A stretch of 64,000 bases of DNA from IMG/VR virus record IMGVR_UViG_3300008116_000002, one strand, 5' to 3'. The DNA is from a virus (taxonomy: Duplodnaviria; Caudoviricetes). The notes below the pieces were generated by a model. The model had not been told where the DNA came from and ran no database searches. It saw nothing but the letters and a program-made list of their open reading frames with translations. Positions 49,533-58,081 of this stretch are shown here, in pieces (the first letter of the stretch is position 1; every line of letters begins with the position of its first letter). The translations under genes were made by a program, and so were the position numbers.

Positions 49533-49708
49533 AGGAAGTGCCTATTCATTTTGTGGATAGGCGCAGACAAATTTGTACTTCATGTGAGCATTTGACTACC
49601 ATTATTGGAGTTAAAAGTTGTAATGTATGCGGATGTGCTATCTGGGCTAAAACTATGCTCAGGGGCACATCTTGCCCAGAAGGAAAATGGAATGCCGAAC
49701 AGGATTGA
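49529..49708 (+). CDS. small Cys-rich metal-binding protein
   Basis: RRQICTSCE...CNVCGC...SCPEGKW; GTG start overlapping the nrdB stop. Confidence 0.6.
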   Translation: MKEVPIHFVDRRRQICTSCEHLTTIIGVKSCNVCGCAIWAKTMLRGTSCPEGKWNAEQD

Positions 49709-50123
49709 TTATGCACATATGAAAACGGCAGAGAACTATGCCGAACTATCATATGCAAGAAGATTGAAGGTAGGTGCAATCGTAACCAAAGATGATAGAG
49801 TAATATCTATTGGTTATAATGGCACACCGAAAGGATGGGACAATAATTGCGAGGATGAGATTCGCACACCATCATTCTTAGAAAAACAACTAAAAACCAA
49901 ACCTGAAGTAATACATGCAGAAGCCAATGCTATCGCAAAACTAGCAAGAAGTAAGGAATCTGGAGAAAATGCGTCGATGTACATTACCCATGCTCCTTGC
50001 TTCGATTGTGCAAAGCTTATATATACTGCAGGCATTAAGAAAGTTTTTTATCGTGAACACTATAGAAGTGAGCAAGGTATAAAATTTTTACATAAATGTG
50101 GAATAGAAGTGGAGAAAATATAA
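49692..50123 (+). CDS. dCMP deaminase
   Basis: GYNGTPKG, HAEANAI, PCFDCAK zinc motifs. Confidence 0.92.
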   Translation: MPNRIDYAHMKTAENYAELSYARRLKVGAIVTKDDRVISIGYNGTPKGWDNNCEDEIRTPSFLEKQLKTKPEVIHAEANAIAKLARSKESGENASMYITHAPCFDCAKLIYTAGIKKVFYREHYRSEQGIKFLHKCGIEVEKI

Positions 50124-50146
50124 GATAACCTGTAGAACATTTGCTT

Positions 50147-50154
50147 TATAAATA
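50147..50154 (+). promoter_or_regulatory. T4-type late promoter (TATAAATA)
   Basis: Exact motif upstream of the GIY-YIG endonuclease. Confidence 0.6.
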
Positions 50155-50173
50155 TTTGTATTTAGGAGCAGAT

Positions 50174-50851
50174 ATGTTTGGATATATCTATATCGTTGAA
50201 AATACATTAAATGGTAAAAAATACATAGGAAAAAAGACTGGTAAATTCGATAAAAACTATTATGGATCCGGCATTATAATTACACAAGCAATAAAAAAAT
50301 ATGGTGAAAAATTCTTTTCCTTAAAAGTTTTAAAATATTGCGATTGTCAAGAAACACTGAATCTGCTTGAAAAATATTTTATAAAAAAATTTAAACCAAA
50401 ATATAATATAGCTTCAGGTGGAGATGGGGGACATGTATTAAAATATGCAGATAAAGATTATATTAGATCTATATATTTTAAACGAAGTAAAACTATGAGT
50501 AATACATGGAAAAACTTATCTGCAGAAAAAAGAAAAGAGTGGGGGGAAAATATTAGTAAGTCTCGTAAAGGAAGTAATGGTAGAATTGGATCTAAACATA
50601 GTCAAGTGACGAAGGATAAAATAAGAGAATCTAATAAAATTGCAGCAAAAAACCGTTCGCCTTCTTGGTATGAAAATCACAAAAAAGCTTCGGAAAGAAG
50701 AAAAGGGAAATCTAATACCGCATGCAATAAAATCATATTTGTTGATGGTGTACAATATGAATCTGTAAAAAGCGCAACTAATTTGTTAAAAATATCTAGA
50801 CCAAAGCTTATGAATTATGTTAAAAATGGAAGGGCATATTATGGAAAGTGA
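50174..50851 (+). CDS. GIY-YIG (Seg-like) homing endonuclease with NUMOD-like repeats
   Basis: GYIYIVEN..NGKKYIG, YYGSG, LEKYFI, YNIASGG; KHSQVTKDKIRES; RBS AGGAG before ATG 50174. Confidence 0.85.
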   Translation: MFGYIYIVENTLNGKKYIGKKTGKFDKNYYGSGIIITQAIKKYGEKFFSLKVLKYCDCQETLNLLEKYFIKKFKPKYNIASGGDGGHVLKYADKDYIRSIYFKRSKTMSNTWKNLSAEKRKEWGENISKSRKGSNGRIGSKHSQVTKDKIRESNKIAAKNRSPSWYENHKKASERRKGKSNTACNKIIFVDGVQYESVKSATNLLKISRPKLMNYVKNGRAYYGK

Positions 50852-51344
50852 AAAAATCAAAAACAAATCTGTAGGATTCACAGCATCCGCATTTGATTTA
50901 TTCCACGCAGGACATATTGTTATGCTTGAGGAGGCGAAACGACAGTGTGATTATTTAATTGTAGGTATTCAAATTGATCCTACTCTAGATAGATCAACAA
51001 AAAACAAACCGGTGCAATCTATAATTGAAAGACAACTTCAAGTAAAAGCCTGTAAATATGTAGATGAGGTTATTCTATATAGTACAGAAAAAGAACTAGA
51101 AGATATACTGATGACCTTACCTATTAATGTTAGAATCTTAGGTGAGGAGTATATGGACAAAGAATTTACAGGAAAAGATATTTGTCTGAAGCGAGGGATT
51201 AAACTGCACTATAATAAGAGAGATCATTATTTTAGCTCTACAGACCTTCGTAAGCGGGTGTTTGAGGCTGAGGCAAAAAGAAAGGGAATTTCATGGCAAG
51301 AAAACACTACGAGTGCTTCGAATGTGACGCAGTCTTCAAGATAA
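50841..51344 (+). CDS. cytidylyltransferase (TagD/glycerol-3-phosphate CT-like)
   Basis: GFTASAFDLFHAGH, ER..QVKACKYVDEV, SSTDLR. Confidence 0.85.
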   Translation: MESEKIKNKSVGFTASAFDLFHAGHIVMLEEAKRQCDYLIVGIQIDPTLDRSTKNKPVQSIIERQLQVKACKYVDEVILYSTEKELEDILMTLPINVRILGEEYMDKEFTGKDICLKRGIKLHYNKRDHYFSSTDLRKRVFEAEAKRKGISWQENTTSASNVTQSSR

Positions 51345-51460
51345 ATCATGACCTAGACGAAAATTACTATAAAGTAATACACTGTCCTTTCTGTGGTACG
51401 GAGATGGATGGAGAGGATGATCGTTACGAAGAAGAAGGGTATGACGAAGACTTGTCCTAA
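51293..51460 (+). CDS. small zinc-ribbon protein with acidic tail (55 aa, not in ORF track)
   Basis: MARKHYECFECDAVF...HCPFCG followed by an Asp/Glu-rich tail. Confidence 0.65.
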   Translation: MARKHYECFECDAVFKINHDLDENYYKVIHCPFCGTEMDGEDDRYEEEGYDEDLS

Positions 51461-51794
51461 ATGCGGAACTGAGCACAAGAAACGCGGGGCATTTTGCAGC
51501 AGACCTTGTGCTAACTCTCGTCAATGGACAGAAGAACAGAAGCAGGTATTTTCAAAGAAGCAAAAAGAATATATGGCCAAGGATGAGTCCGAAGGTCATA
51601 GGTATAAAAAGTCTATTCAGACTACAATGCTACATAAAACTGGTCAAATGGGTAGGGGTATTGCAACTGAAAGAATTGAAGATGTGATGACCGACCCAGA
51701 TGACTATTTTCTTGTCCCGCCTTCACAGGACATAAATCATTTTGTCGAGGATGGGGATTACTGGGAGGTGGTAGATGACCATAATAAATACTGA
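51441..51794 (+). CDS. hypothetical zinc-binding protein
   Basis: KTCPKCG...FCSRPCAN. Confidence 0.6.
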   Translation: MTKTCPKCGTEHKKRGAFCSRPCANSRQWTEEQKQVFSKKQKEYMAKDESEGHRYKKSIQTTMLHKTGQMGRGIATERIEDVMTDPDDYFLVPPSQDINHFVEDGDYWEVVDDHNKY

Positions 51795-51812
51795 TTTAGA
51801 TATGGTATTATT

Positions 51813-52208
51813 ATGTGGTTATATAAAGATGTTCCCTTAGAGGAAATTCCTGAAAATGCATATGGATATGTTTATTTGATAACAAACAATGTTACGGGTA
51901 AAAAATACATAGGTAAAAAATTGTTTTGGTTTAAAAAAACTAAAACGGTTAAAGGCAAAAAGAAAAGATTAAAAGCAGAATCTGATTGGAGAGAATATTG
52001 GTCTTCATCTGATGATGTAAAGAAAGATGTAGAGACCTACGGTAAAGATAATTTCATTCGAGAAATTCTTCATATCTGCCCTAATAAAGGATCATGTAAT
52101 TATTTAGAAGCACGAGAACAAATGGATAGAAGAGTTCTTGAAACGGATGAATATTATAATGGTCAGATTCAATGCAGAGTACATAGAACACATATTAAGG
52201 TAAAATAA
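51813..52208 (+). CDS. short GIY-YIG-like nuclease conserved in T4-like phages
   Basis: GYVYLITN..GKKYIGKK, SDWREYWSS, YLEA, YYNG.I. Confidence 0.75.
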   Translation: MWLYKDVPLEEIPENAYGYVYLITNNVTGKKYIGKKLFWFKKTKTVKGKKKRLKAESDWREYWSSSDDVKKDVETYGKDNFIREILHICPNKGSCNYLEAREQMDRRVLETDEYYNGQIQCRVHRTHIKVK

Positions 52209-52212
52209 TATT

Positions 52213-52845
52213 ATGTCATTTTTAGTTGCGAACACGCCACCTGTTCATTGTTATATTCGTAAAGAATTTCTCTATGATTTTGAAAAAGGACACGGGGAAT
52301 TTGAACCTTGTGTCTGGGTATCAATAAAAAGTATACGAGGACAAGCATTTAGAATAGAAGCATATTTACCTAATTACGGAGCTTTATATGATAAATTACC
52401 TTTACACGCTTTCGTTAGTAGAACAGAAAATCTACCTGGAGAATTTTTACCGCTAGACACTCTGCAAATTTGGGATTGCTTTGATTATGATATTGCGATC
52501 ATACAAAAGGCATTTCTAAGTAATTTAAGTTGCAAATTCTATGCGAAAGATAAAAATTTCTACACAGGTAACTATCTGTTTACCGTCGACAATGCACATC
52601 CTGATAGAAATATAATCGACATGGGATACAGCGAATGGCCAGAGGATCATAAAAGCTTTAACTTTATTGAATTGGATAATGGTCAATACGCAGCACAACC
52701 TAATAATCGTTGTTTATTCTTCGATGCAGCAAGCAATCCAAAAGAATTAAAATTCCCAGACTTTAAAGTGTGTACTAAGAAATATATTGTAGAGCAAAAT
52801 CCTAAATGGTCGTTGGGGGATTCAACAACAGTAATGTATGAATAA
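52213..52845 (+). CDS. conserved hypothetical protein
   Basis: VANTPP...YGALYDKLPLHAF...GQYAAQPNNR. Confidence 0.7.
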   Translation: MSFLVANTPPVHCYIRKEFLYDFEKGHGEFEPCVWVSIKSIRGQAFRIEAYLPNYGALYDKLPLHAFVSRTENLPGEFLPLDTLQIWDCFDYDIAIIQKAFLSNLSCKFYAKDKNFYTGNYLFTVDNAHPDRNIIDMGYSEWPEDHKSFNFIELDNGQYAAQPNNRCLFFDAASNPKELKFPDFKVCTKKYIVEQNPKWSLGDSTTVMYE

Positions 52846-53596
52846 TGATAGATTGTTCACATACCTTCTTCTTTTAACCGCATTGAGTATTTCTGCAGTA
52901 GCAGGATATTTCTCAATCGTTGGTCTGACTCTAATCTTCTCCGCGGCATTTTGGCCTATCGTAACGATGGGTGTGGTACTTGAACTAGGTAAACTTGTTA
53001 CCGCCTCCTTTATCTACAGAATGTGGACAAAGGTAAATTGGTTAATGAAGTTCTATTTCATTATCAGTGTTATTATTCTATCCGCAATTACTTCTTTAGG
53101 TATCTTTGGATATCTGTCTAAATCATATACATCTGACTCAGCGGTTTTATATGATAACGAAACCAAAATAGCAACGAACAAAGACATACTGGAAGTCGAA
53201 AGAAGAAGATTGGATAATCTGCTGGTTCAGCTTGAGAAAAGAGACAAAGGTAATTCTCGTATAGAGAAAGATATCAAGCAAACGCAGGATAAAATATCTC
53301 AGTTGACACGAGAGATTGGCGAGTATCAGAAAGAGAAAAACAAACAGAATTCTGAAATAGGACCGATACGATATATTACAGAGTTGTTCTATAGTAAGAA
53401 CGATCTGGAGACAATAGATAAAGCTGTCAGAATGATCATTGTTATACTGGTATTTGTATTTGATCCGCTGGCTATTCTGTTGGTCGTTGCAGCAAATATG
53501 CTTCTCGGGCAAAAACCTAAGGTTAAAAAGTCCAAATATTCGATAGAAATCGAAAAAGATGCGGTTTTTAGCATCAAAAATAAAGACTTAGGATAA
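52838..53596 (+). CDS. membrane protein with coiled-coil domain
   Basis: Three N-terminal TM segments, coiled coil, C-terminal IFVFDPLAILL-type TM. Confidence 0.7.
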   Translation: MNNDRLFTYLLLLTALSISAVAGYFSIVGLTLIFSAAFWPIVTMGVVLELGKLVTASFIYRMWTKVNWLMKFYFIISVIILSAITSLGIFGYLSKSYTSDSAVLYDNETKIATNKDILEVERRRLDNLLVQLEKRDKGNSRIEKDIKQTQDKISQLTREIGEYQKEKNKQNSEIGPIRYITELFYSKNDLETIDKAVRMIIVILVFVFDPLAILLVVAANMLLGQKPKVKKSKYSIEIEKDAVFSIKNKDLG

Positions 53597-53604
53597 TATA
53601 AATA
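53597..53604 (+). promoter_or_regulatory. T4-type late promoter (TATAAATA)
   Basis: Exact motif heading the fibre-tip gene array. Confidence 0.75.
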
Positions 53605-53627
53605 ATAGAGTTCATAAGGAATCTACA

Positions 53628-54029
53628 ATGGCTTTAACACGAATTAAATCTTCAGGTCTTGCTCCGAATTCTATTACCAGTTCTCAGCTTACTGGTAATA
53701 CATTAGCAAGCATCTTAATTGCTGGAGATAACATTTCCATTGCTGCAAATGGTAGAATATCATCTACAACTAGTTTAACAAGTGAAACTGTAGCCAATGT
53801 GCTAATTGCTGGCGACAATATTACTATCGCTGCAAATGGTAGAATATCATCTACAGCTACTGGTGGCGGTGGCGGTGGCGGATCTGGAGTAATTCTTTTT
53901 TCCAATACGACGATAAGTTCAAATATCACAATTCCTGCGGGGCAAAATGGATTATCTGTAGGTCCAGTTACAATTACTGATGGTTCAAACGTAACTATTA
54001 CAACTGGACAAAGGTGGCTGATACTATGA
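53628..54029 (+). CDS. small structural protein with internal duplication
   Basis: LIAGDNIxIAANGRISST twice; C-terminal NITIPAGQNGLSVGPVTI...WLIL. Confidence 0.6.
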   Translation: MALTRIKSSGLAPNSITSSQLTGNTLASILIAGDNISIAANGRISSTTSLTSETVANVLIAGDNITIAANGRISSTATGGGGGGGSGVILFSNTTISSNITIPAGQNGLSVGPVTITDGSNVTITTGQRWLIL

Positions 54030-54238
54030 GTATTACCATTGACGGCGATTTAAATACAATTTCAGCAAATGGTACGGTATTGTCATTTTCCTCGAGATCT
54101 ATAACTATACCTTCTGGTAACACATTACAAAGACCACAAACACCAGTTCAGGGCATGCTTAGATTTAATACACAAATACTTGAACTTGAAGGATATAACG
54201 GTAATACATGGAGTAACATAAGGGTCAACTTAATATGA
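54026..54238 (+). CDS. mini fibre-module protein
   Basis: ATGA-coupled; PSGNTLQRP...GMLRFNT...EGYNGNTW. Confidence 0.6.
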   Translation: MSITIDGDLNTISANGTVLSFSSRSITIPSGNTLQRPQTPVQGMLRFNTQILELEGYNGNTWSNIRVNLI

Positions 54239-55299
54239 CAATTTCTATTTTAGGCGGTGGAGAAATAGTAACTGAGGAAACTTCCTTAAAATTATCCGGA
54301 AGTTCAATTATAATTCCTAAGGGCAATACCGCAGATAGACCATCTGTACCAGTCACTGGTATGATCAGATTTAATGAAGAAACTAGAGTTTTTGAATTAT
54401 ACTCAGGTAATAGTTGGCTAAACGTTACTCAGCCCGCAAACGTTACTTTAAACTTATTAGTAGTTGCAGGTGGCGGTGGGGGTGGACCTTCTCAGGTGTC
54501 GGATATGCCAAGACAAGCTGGGGGTGGAGGTGGAGGAGCAATTGTTGGAAATATTAGTCTTGGAGTTATAACATCTATTTCAGTATTTTCTATAGGTGCA
54601 GGCGGGTTAAATGGTGCACCGTCGTTAAGCGCAAGTACTCGAGGGTCTAATACTGTTATAACCTTAGTTGGAAAAAATAATTCAATTCGTATGACTTCTT
54701 TTGGTGGGGGCATTGGCGGCGCAGTTGCAGGTCCTGCAGGTCAATTTAACCCTGATAGTGATGGTGGTTGCGGTGGCGGAAGAGGAGGATATTCCCCCCC
54801 TGCATCTAATAATGGCGTAGAAGGTTTTGGGGGTAATGCGATTACTGGGCCAAGTGCAATTGGTTCCGGTGTACAAGGATTTTCTGGTGGCGCATCTATA
54901 CAAGCCCCAGGGGCCCTCGGCGCAGGCGGCGGTGGCGCAGGTCAAAGAGGAGGTAACGCATCAGTAGGAGGTTGGGGAGGTAATGGTTATCTTTGGTTAA
55001 ATGGTAAATATTATTCCGGCGGTGGTGGGCGCACCGGCGCAATTGGAGGATTGGGTGGCGGTGGATATGGCAACGGAACATCTGCTACTGCATTTACTGG
55101 AGGAGGTGGAGGTGCCGGTTCACCTGGACCAGGTGGTGTTGGCGCTGGAGGATCCGGAATAATACTTCTTTCTCATTCTAACATTATTTCAAACGCTGTT
55201 ATTTCTGAGGGATTGACGGTTACGGTAAATACGACTGTAATTCCTGGATCCTTTGTATACGAAATCACTGCAGGTACAGGCTCATTAAGTTGGGTATAA
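54235..55299 (+). CDS. fibre module plus glycine-rich domain (putative receptor-binding tip)
   Basis: PKGNTADRP...GMIRFN module, then LLVVAGGGGGG...GGSGIILL. Confidence 0.65.
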   Translation: MTISILGGGEIVTEETSLKLSGSSIIIPKGNTADRPSVPVTGMIRFNEETRVFELYSGNSWLNVTQPANVTLNLLVVAGGGGGGPSQVSDMPRQAGGGGGGAIVGNISLGVITSISVFSIGAGGLNGAPSLSASTRGSNTVITLVGKNNSIRMTSFGGGIGGAVAGPAGQFNPDSDGGCGGGRGGYSPPASNNGVEGFGGNAITGPSAIGSGVQGFSGGASIQAPGALGAGGGGAGQRGGNASVGGWGGNGYLWLNGKYYSGGGGRTGAIGGLGGGGYGNGTSATAFTGGGGGAGSPGPGGVGAGGSGIILLSHSNIISNAVISEGLTVTVNTTVIPGSFVYEITAGTGSLSWV

Positions 55300-55314
55300 C
55301 TAAAAGAAAAATAT

Positions 55315-56412
55315 ATGCCAGCAATAATTAATTCTGATAGCGGAGTAATAACAGGTTCCGCTGGTTTAAAAATTCATGGTAATTCAGATGGTATTCTTGA
55401 AATACAGAACAATGGTGTGACTTCCTTAGTTGTTGCCAATAATTATATACGAGTACCTGTAGGAAATACTGCGACCAGGCCAACTGCAACTAGTGCCGGT
55501 ATGCTTCGTTTCAATACTGATGGTAATTCCTTTGAGGCATATAATGGAACTCAATGGTTTAATTTAGCATATAGTTATTCGTTTAATTTAGAATATTTGG
55601 TTGTAGGGGGCGGCGGTGGCGGTGGATCTTTACGAGGTGGCGGCGGTGGCGCAGGCGGTTTTAGAACCGGCAATATCACTGCAGTTTCAAACTCACCAAG
55701 CATTCCTACATCCTATACTGTAACGGTCGGCGCAGGTGGCGCAGGGTCGCCATCTGGACCAAGGGGCCAAGGATCAAATGGTTCTGTATCAAGCTTTTCT
55801 ACCATTCTTTCAGAGGGCGGCGGTGGTGGAGGCGGAGACAGTATTCAACCTGGAGGTTCTGGAGGTTCTGGTGGAGGATCTGCTAGAGGATCACCGGCTG
55901 GTTCAGGAAATTCCCCTCCGGTTTCACCTAGTCAAGGCAATCCTGGAGGGCAAGGAAGTAATTCAGGTCCGGCATATGGCGGCGGGGGAGGAGGAGGTGC
56001 TTCCCAAGCTGGTGCTGCCGGTACAAGTGCAGCTGCAGGTAAAGGAGGAGATGGTAGCCCATCCTTAATTACCGGAGCTAATGTAATTTATGCTGGCGGT
56101 GGGGGTGGAGCATCTGGACCAGGACCCGGAGCTGCAGGTGGCAATGGCGGTGGCGGAGCAGGCGGTTCTGCACCAACACAAACTGGCGTCTCTGCCAATA
56201 TTAATTCTGGCGGTGGAGGAGGTGGTGGCGGATTTCCACCAGAAGGAGCAGGTGGTTCGGGGGGAACAGGTGTAATTATACTTGCGCACTCAAATACTTA
56301 TCCAAATGCTATAGTAACTGCTGGATTAACTTACACATTAAACACTATATCAAGACCAGGATTTTTCGTTTATACATTTACCGCCGGTACGGGCACAATT
56401 ACATGGAATTAA
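55315..56412 (+). CDS. fibre module plus glycine-rich domain (putative receptor-binding tip)
   Basis: PVGNTATRP...GMLRFNT, YLVVGGGGGGG...GGTGVIIL. Confidence 0.65.
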   Translation: MPAIINSDSGVITGSAGLKIHGNSDGILEIQNNGVTSLVVANNYIRVPVGNTATRPTATSAGMLRFNTDGNSFEAYNGTQWFNLAYSYSFNLEYLVVGGGGGGGSLRGGGGGAGGFRTGNITAVSNSPSIPTSYTVTVGAGGAGSPSGPRGQGSNGSVSSFSTILSEGGGGGGGDSIQPGGSGGSGGGSARGSPAGSGNSPPVSPSQGNPGGQGSNSGPAYGGGGGGGASQAGAAGTSAAAGKGGDGSPSLITGANVIYAGGGGGASGPGPGAAGGNGGGGAGGSAPTQTGVSANINSGGGGGGGGFPPEGAGGSGGTGVIILAHSNTYPNAIVTAGLTYTLNTISRPGFFVYTFTAGTGTITWN

Positions 56413-56413
56413 A

Positions 56414-56641
56414 ATGCCGAAAAGTATAGCTATAGAAAATTCAGTATTGAAGTTTACTAATTCTGAAGATTCGGATTTAAATCTATTTGGTTTAGTTTTA
56501 GATCATAATCATATGGATATACCAGCGGGAAACACGGCTCAAAGACCAAGTTCTCCGGTTGTAGGTATGATAAGATTTAATACACAAACAAATGTCCTCG
56601 AAGGATATAACGGGGCAAGTTGGGCAACGATAAGTCAATGA
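56414..56641 (+). CDS. mini fibre-module protein
   Basis: PAGNTAQRP...GMIRFNT...EGYNGASW. Confidence 0.6.
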   Translation: MPKSIAIENSVLKFTNSEDSDLNLFGLVLDHNHMDIPAGNTAQRPSSPVVGMIRFNTQTNVLEGYNGASWATISQ

Positions 56642-57819
56642 GCACTATAAGAGCAGGTAGAACAAAAAGTACAAGTTTATCGATAGAATCTGACGGTGCT
56701 GATTCTATCGTCTTTATGTCTAGTAATAATAGAATAGTAACGATAGACAATACAGGTGTTACTGTAAATGCAAATTCTTTAGTTCTACCAACAGGTAATA
56801 CTGCAACAAGACCAGCAAATCCAATAACCGGCGAAATTAGATATAATACTACTACAAGCTCGTTTGAAGTTTATACCGGTACTATCTGGGATGGATTAAC
56901 TACCAGAACCACCTCAGTAGCAGGTACTTTTATTCCTGCAGATTACCTCATAGTTGCAGGTGGCGGAGGCGGCGGAGGATGGTTAGGAGGGGGTGGCGCA
57001 GGTGGAGGTGTTCTATATGCATCAGATAATTCCTTATTTTCACCAAATGTATTATATACTATAACTATTGGTGCAGGTGCAGTAGGTAAAAATTCGGCAG
57101 GTGGCGCACCTTCGGATGGGTCCAATACAAGTATATCAGGTTTAGGTATAGCGGATGGTAGTTTAACTGCAATAGGCGGAGGTGGCGGCGGAACATATGC
57201 TCCCCCATTTAACCCAACAGGTGCAGGTGGTAGAGGAGGTTCGGGTGGCGGCGGCAGTGCAGGGGGTTCAGGCACACCAGCAGCATCTGCTGCAGGAGGA
57301 GAATTTTGGAGATCGGCATATGGGCCTTTGGTGAATTTTAGACAGGGATACATGGGAGGATTCGGCCAAAGATCAGACGGAAGCAGATCCTCGGGCGCGG
57401 GTGGTGGTGCAGGACAAGCAGGAGCTAACGCAACAAGTACTACTTCTTTCAACAATGGTGGAAATGGTTATTCTTGGTTGAACGGAGTTTTCTATGGTGG
57501 GGGTGGCGGTGGAACAGGCATTCTTCCAACCGGTTCAGGACCAGGTGGTCTTGGTGGAGGCGGGGCGGCAGCTGCCAATATAGGTGTCTCAGGAACAGTG
57601 AATACTGGGGGTGGAGGTGGCGGTTGTATTAATGAGGGCGGCCCTGCAGGATTCCCACTAGGAAATACCGGAGGAGCGGGCGGTTCAGGTGTTGTTATAA
57701 TTAGATATCTAAACTCGTTTGCTTATATATCAAATACTACAGGAAACGTTTTAACAACCAATGTAGATGGATTTATATACCAAACGTTTTATGGTTCAGG
57801 TACTATAATTTGGAGTTAA
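56638..57819 (+). CDS. fibre module plus glycine-rich domain (putative receptor-binding tip)
   Basis: ATGA-coupled start 56638; PTGNTATRP...GEIRYNT, YLIVAGGGGGG...GGSGVVIIRY. Confidence 0.65.
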   Translation: MSTIRAGRTKSTSLSIESDGADSIVFMSSNNRIVTIDNTGVTVNANSLVLPTGNTATRPANPITGEIRYNTTTSSFEVYTGTIWDGLTTRTTSVAGTFIPADYLIVAGGGGGGGWLGGGGAGGGVLYASDNSLFSPNVLYTITIGAGAVGKNSAGGAPSDGSNTSISGLGIADGSLTAIGGGGGGTYAPPFNPTGAGGRGGSGGGGSAGGSGTPAASAAGGEFWRSAYGPLVNFRQGYMGGFGQRSDGSRSSGAGGGAGQAGANATSTTSFNNGGNGYSWLNGVFYGGGGGGTGILPTGSGPGGLGGGGAAAANIGVSGTVNTGGGGGGCINEGGPAGFPLGNTGGAGGSGVVIIRYLNSFAYISNTTGNVLTTNVDGFIYQTFYGSGTIIWS

Positions 57820-57822
57820 TGA

Positions 57823-58080
57823 ATGACTGTACTTAGATCCAATGCTACAATTGGTTTAAATATTGAACCCGATAGAGCAGGAAATATCGTTTTAATTTCT
57901 AATAATATTACTTGCTTTAGAGTAGAATCTACGGAGATATCCTTTCCTTCAAGATTTTCTATTCCCGTGGGAAGTACGGCGCAGAGGCCAACCTCTCCTA
58001 CATCTGGAGAAATAAGATTTAATACCACCACTTTATCCGTAGAAGGATATGATGGTACTCAATGGGTTAATTTAAGCTGA
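57823..58080 (+). CDS. mini fibre-module protein
   Basis: PVGSTAQRP...GEIRFNT...EGYDGTQW. Confidence 0.6.
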   Translation: MTVLRSNATIGLNIEPDRAGNIVLISNNITCFRVESTEISFPSRFSIPVGSTAQRPTSPTSGEIRFNTTTLSVEGYDGTQWVNLS

Positions 58081-58081
58081 T

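Noticed and set aside
49605-49691. Upstream extensions given by the ORF track (also 2120, 7842, 50141, 50817, 51393, 54014, 56620)
   Set aside because: Downstream ATGs fit RBS position, stop-start overlaps and family N-termini better
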